A stretch of 63,927 nucleotides of DNA, filler included, from Basidiobolus ranarum (taxonomy: Eukaryota), in assembly GCA_040143965.1 (NCBI GenBank). It is 36 parts of 36 records of this genome, joined end to end, with 100 filler letters (N's around TTAATTAATTAA, not from the genome) between each part and the next. Parts side by side here need not be neighbours in the genome. Positions count along the whole stretch, not along the records: positions 62,257 to 63,927 come from JASJQH010004587.1; 35 more parts are not named here. One strand, written 5' to 3'. A model generated the notes under the pieces. That model was not told the DNA's origin and did not search any database. It worked only from the letters and a program-made list of their open reading frames with translations. The translations under genes and the position numbers were made by a program. Of this stretch, positions 63,666 through 63,927 are shown piece by piece (position 1 is the first letter of the stretch; each line of letters starts with the position of its first letter).

Positions 63666-63927
63666 AATTCCACCAAATCTGGAGCTATATGCAGGTTGCC
63701 TATATGGTAGGCAACACAGACAGCCATTTGTGGGCTCTGGAATGAGCAAAATTGATCAAAAATTGGGCATGATACACTCAGATCTGTGTGGCCCAATGCA
63801 GACAAAATCCTGAGGCAGAAAAAGGTATTTTATGACCTTTATTGATGATAAGACAAAGTATACTTGGGTGTACTTTCTGGCCAGTAAGGATGAAGCCTTT
63901 GATACCTTCAAGAAGTTCAAAGCAATG

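Larger units (their letters stand above)
62257..63927 (+). pseudogene. Copia gag-protease-integrase remnant with two solo-LTR insertions
   Basis: CYDCNKPGHQIKDC, WYIDFGASQ, WHRRLGHL, HSDLCGPM. Confidence 0.92.

Overview
This window is not contiguous DNA. It is 36 size-sorted contigs of about 1.67-1.69 kb, joined by an artificial 100-nt linker (44 N + TTAATTAATTAA + 44 N), so adjacency across linkers is meaningless. The source is a repeat-rich fungal genome: short GT-AG introns, fungal-type GUT2, CNT and ankyrin genes. An early-diverging lineage is my inference. About 80% is decayed, nested, CpG-depleted transposons. These include (i) one dominant CACTA/EnSpm-type DNA transposon with CCCTAACA termini and two divergent ORFs, (ii) several Ty1/Copia families with half-tRNA-iMet primer sites, (iii) a chromovirus (Ty3/Gypsy) with a Tf1-like self-priming signature, and (iv) a probable non-LTR element ending in a telomere-like CCCTAACCC. 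Host-like contigs carry a five-gene tRNA cluster, GUT2, a concentrative nucleoside transporter, an ankyrin protein, an orphan P-type ATPase fragment and a small secreted Cys-rich prepropeptide. The two most notable items are an internally deleted, intron-containing Fanzor (eukaryotic TnpB-like nuclease) with a structured downstream candidate omegaRNA (19634-20372), and a 282-bp Copia-type LTR carrying a full tRNA-like cassette (two copies, 16339-16620 and 63384-63665). All calls are by-eye motif recognition; no searches were run.
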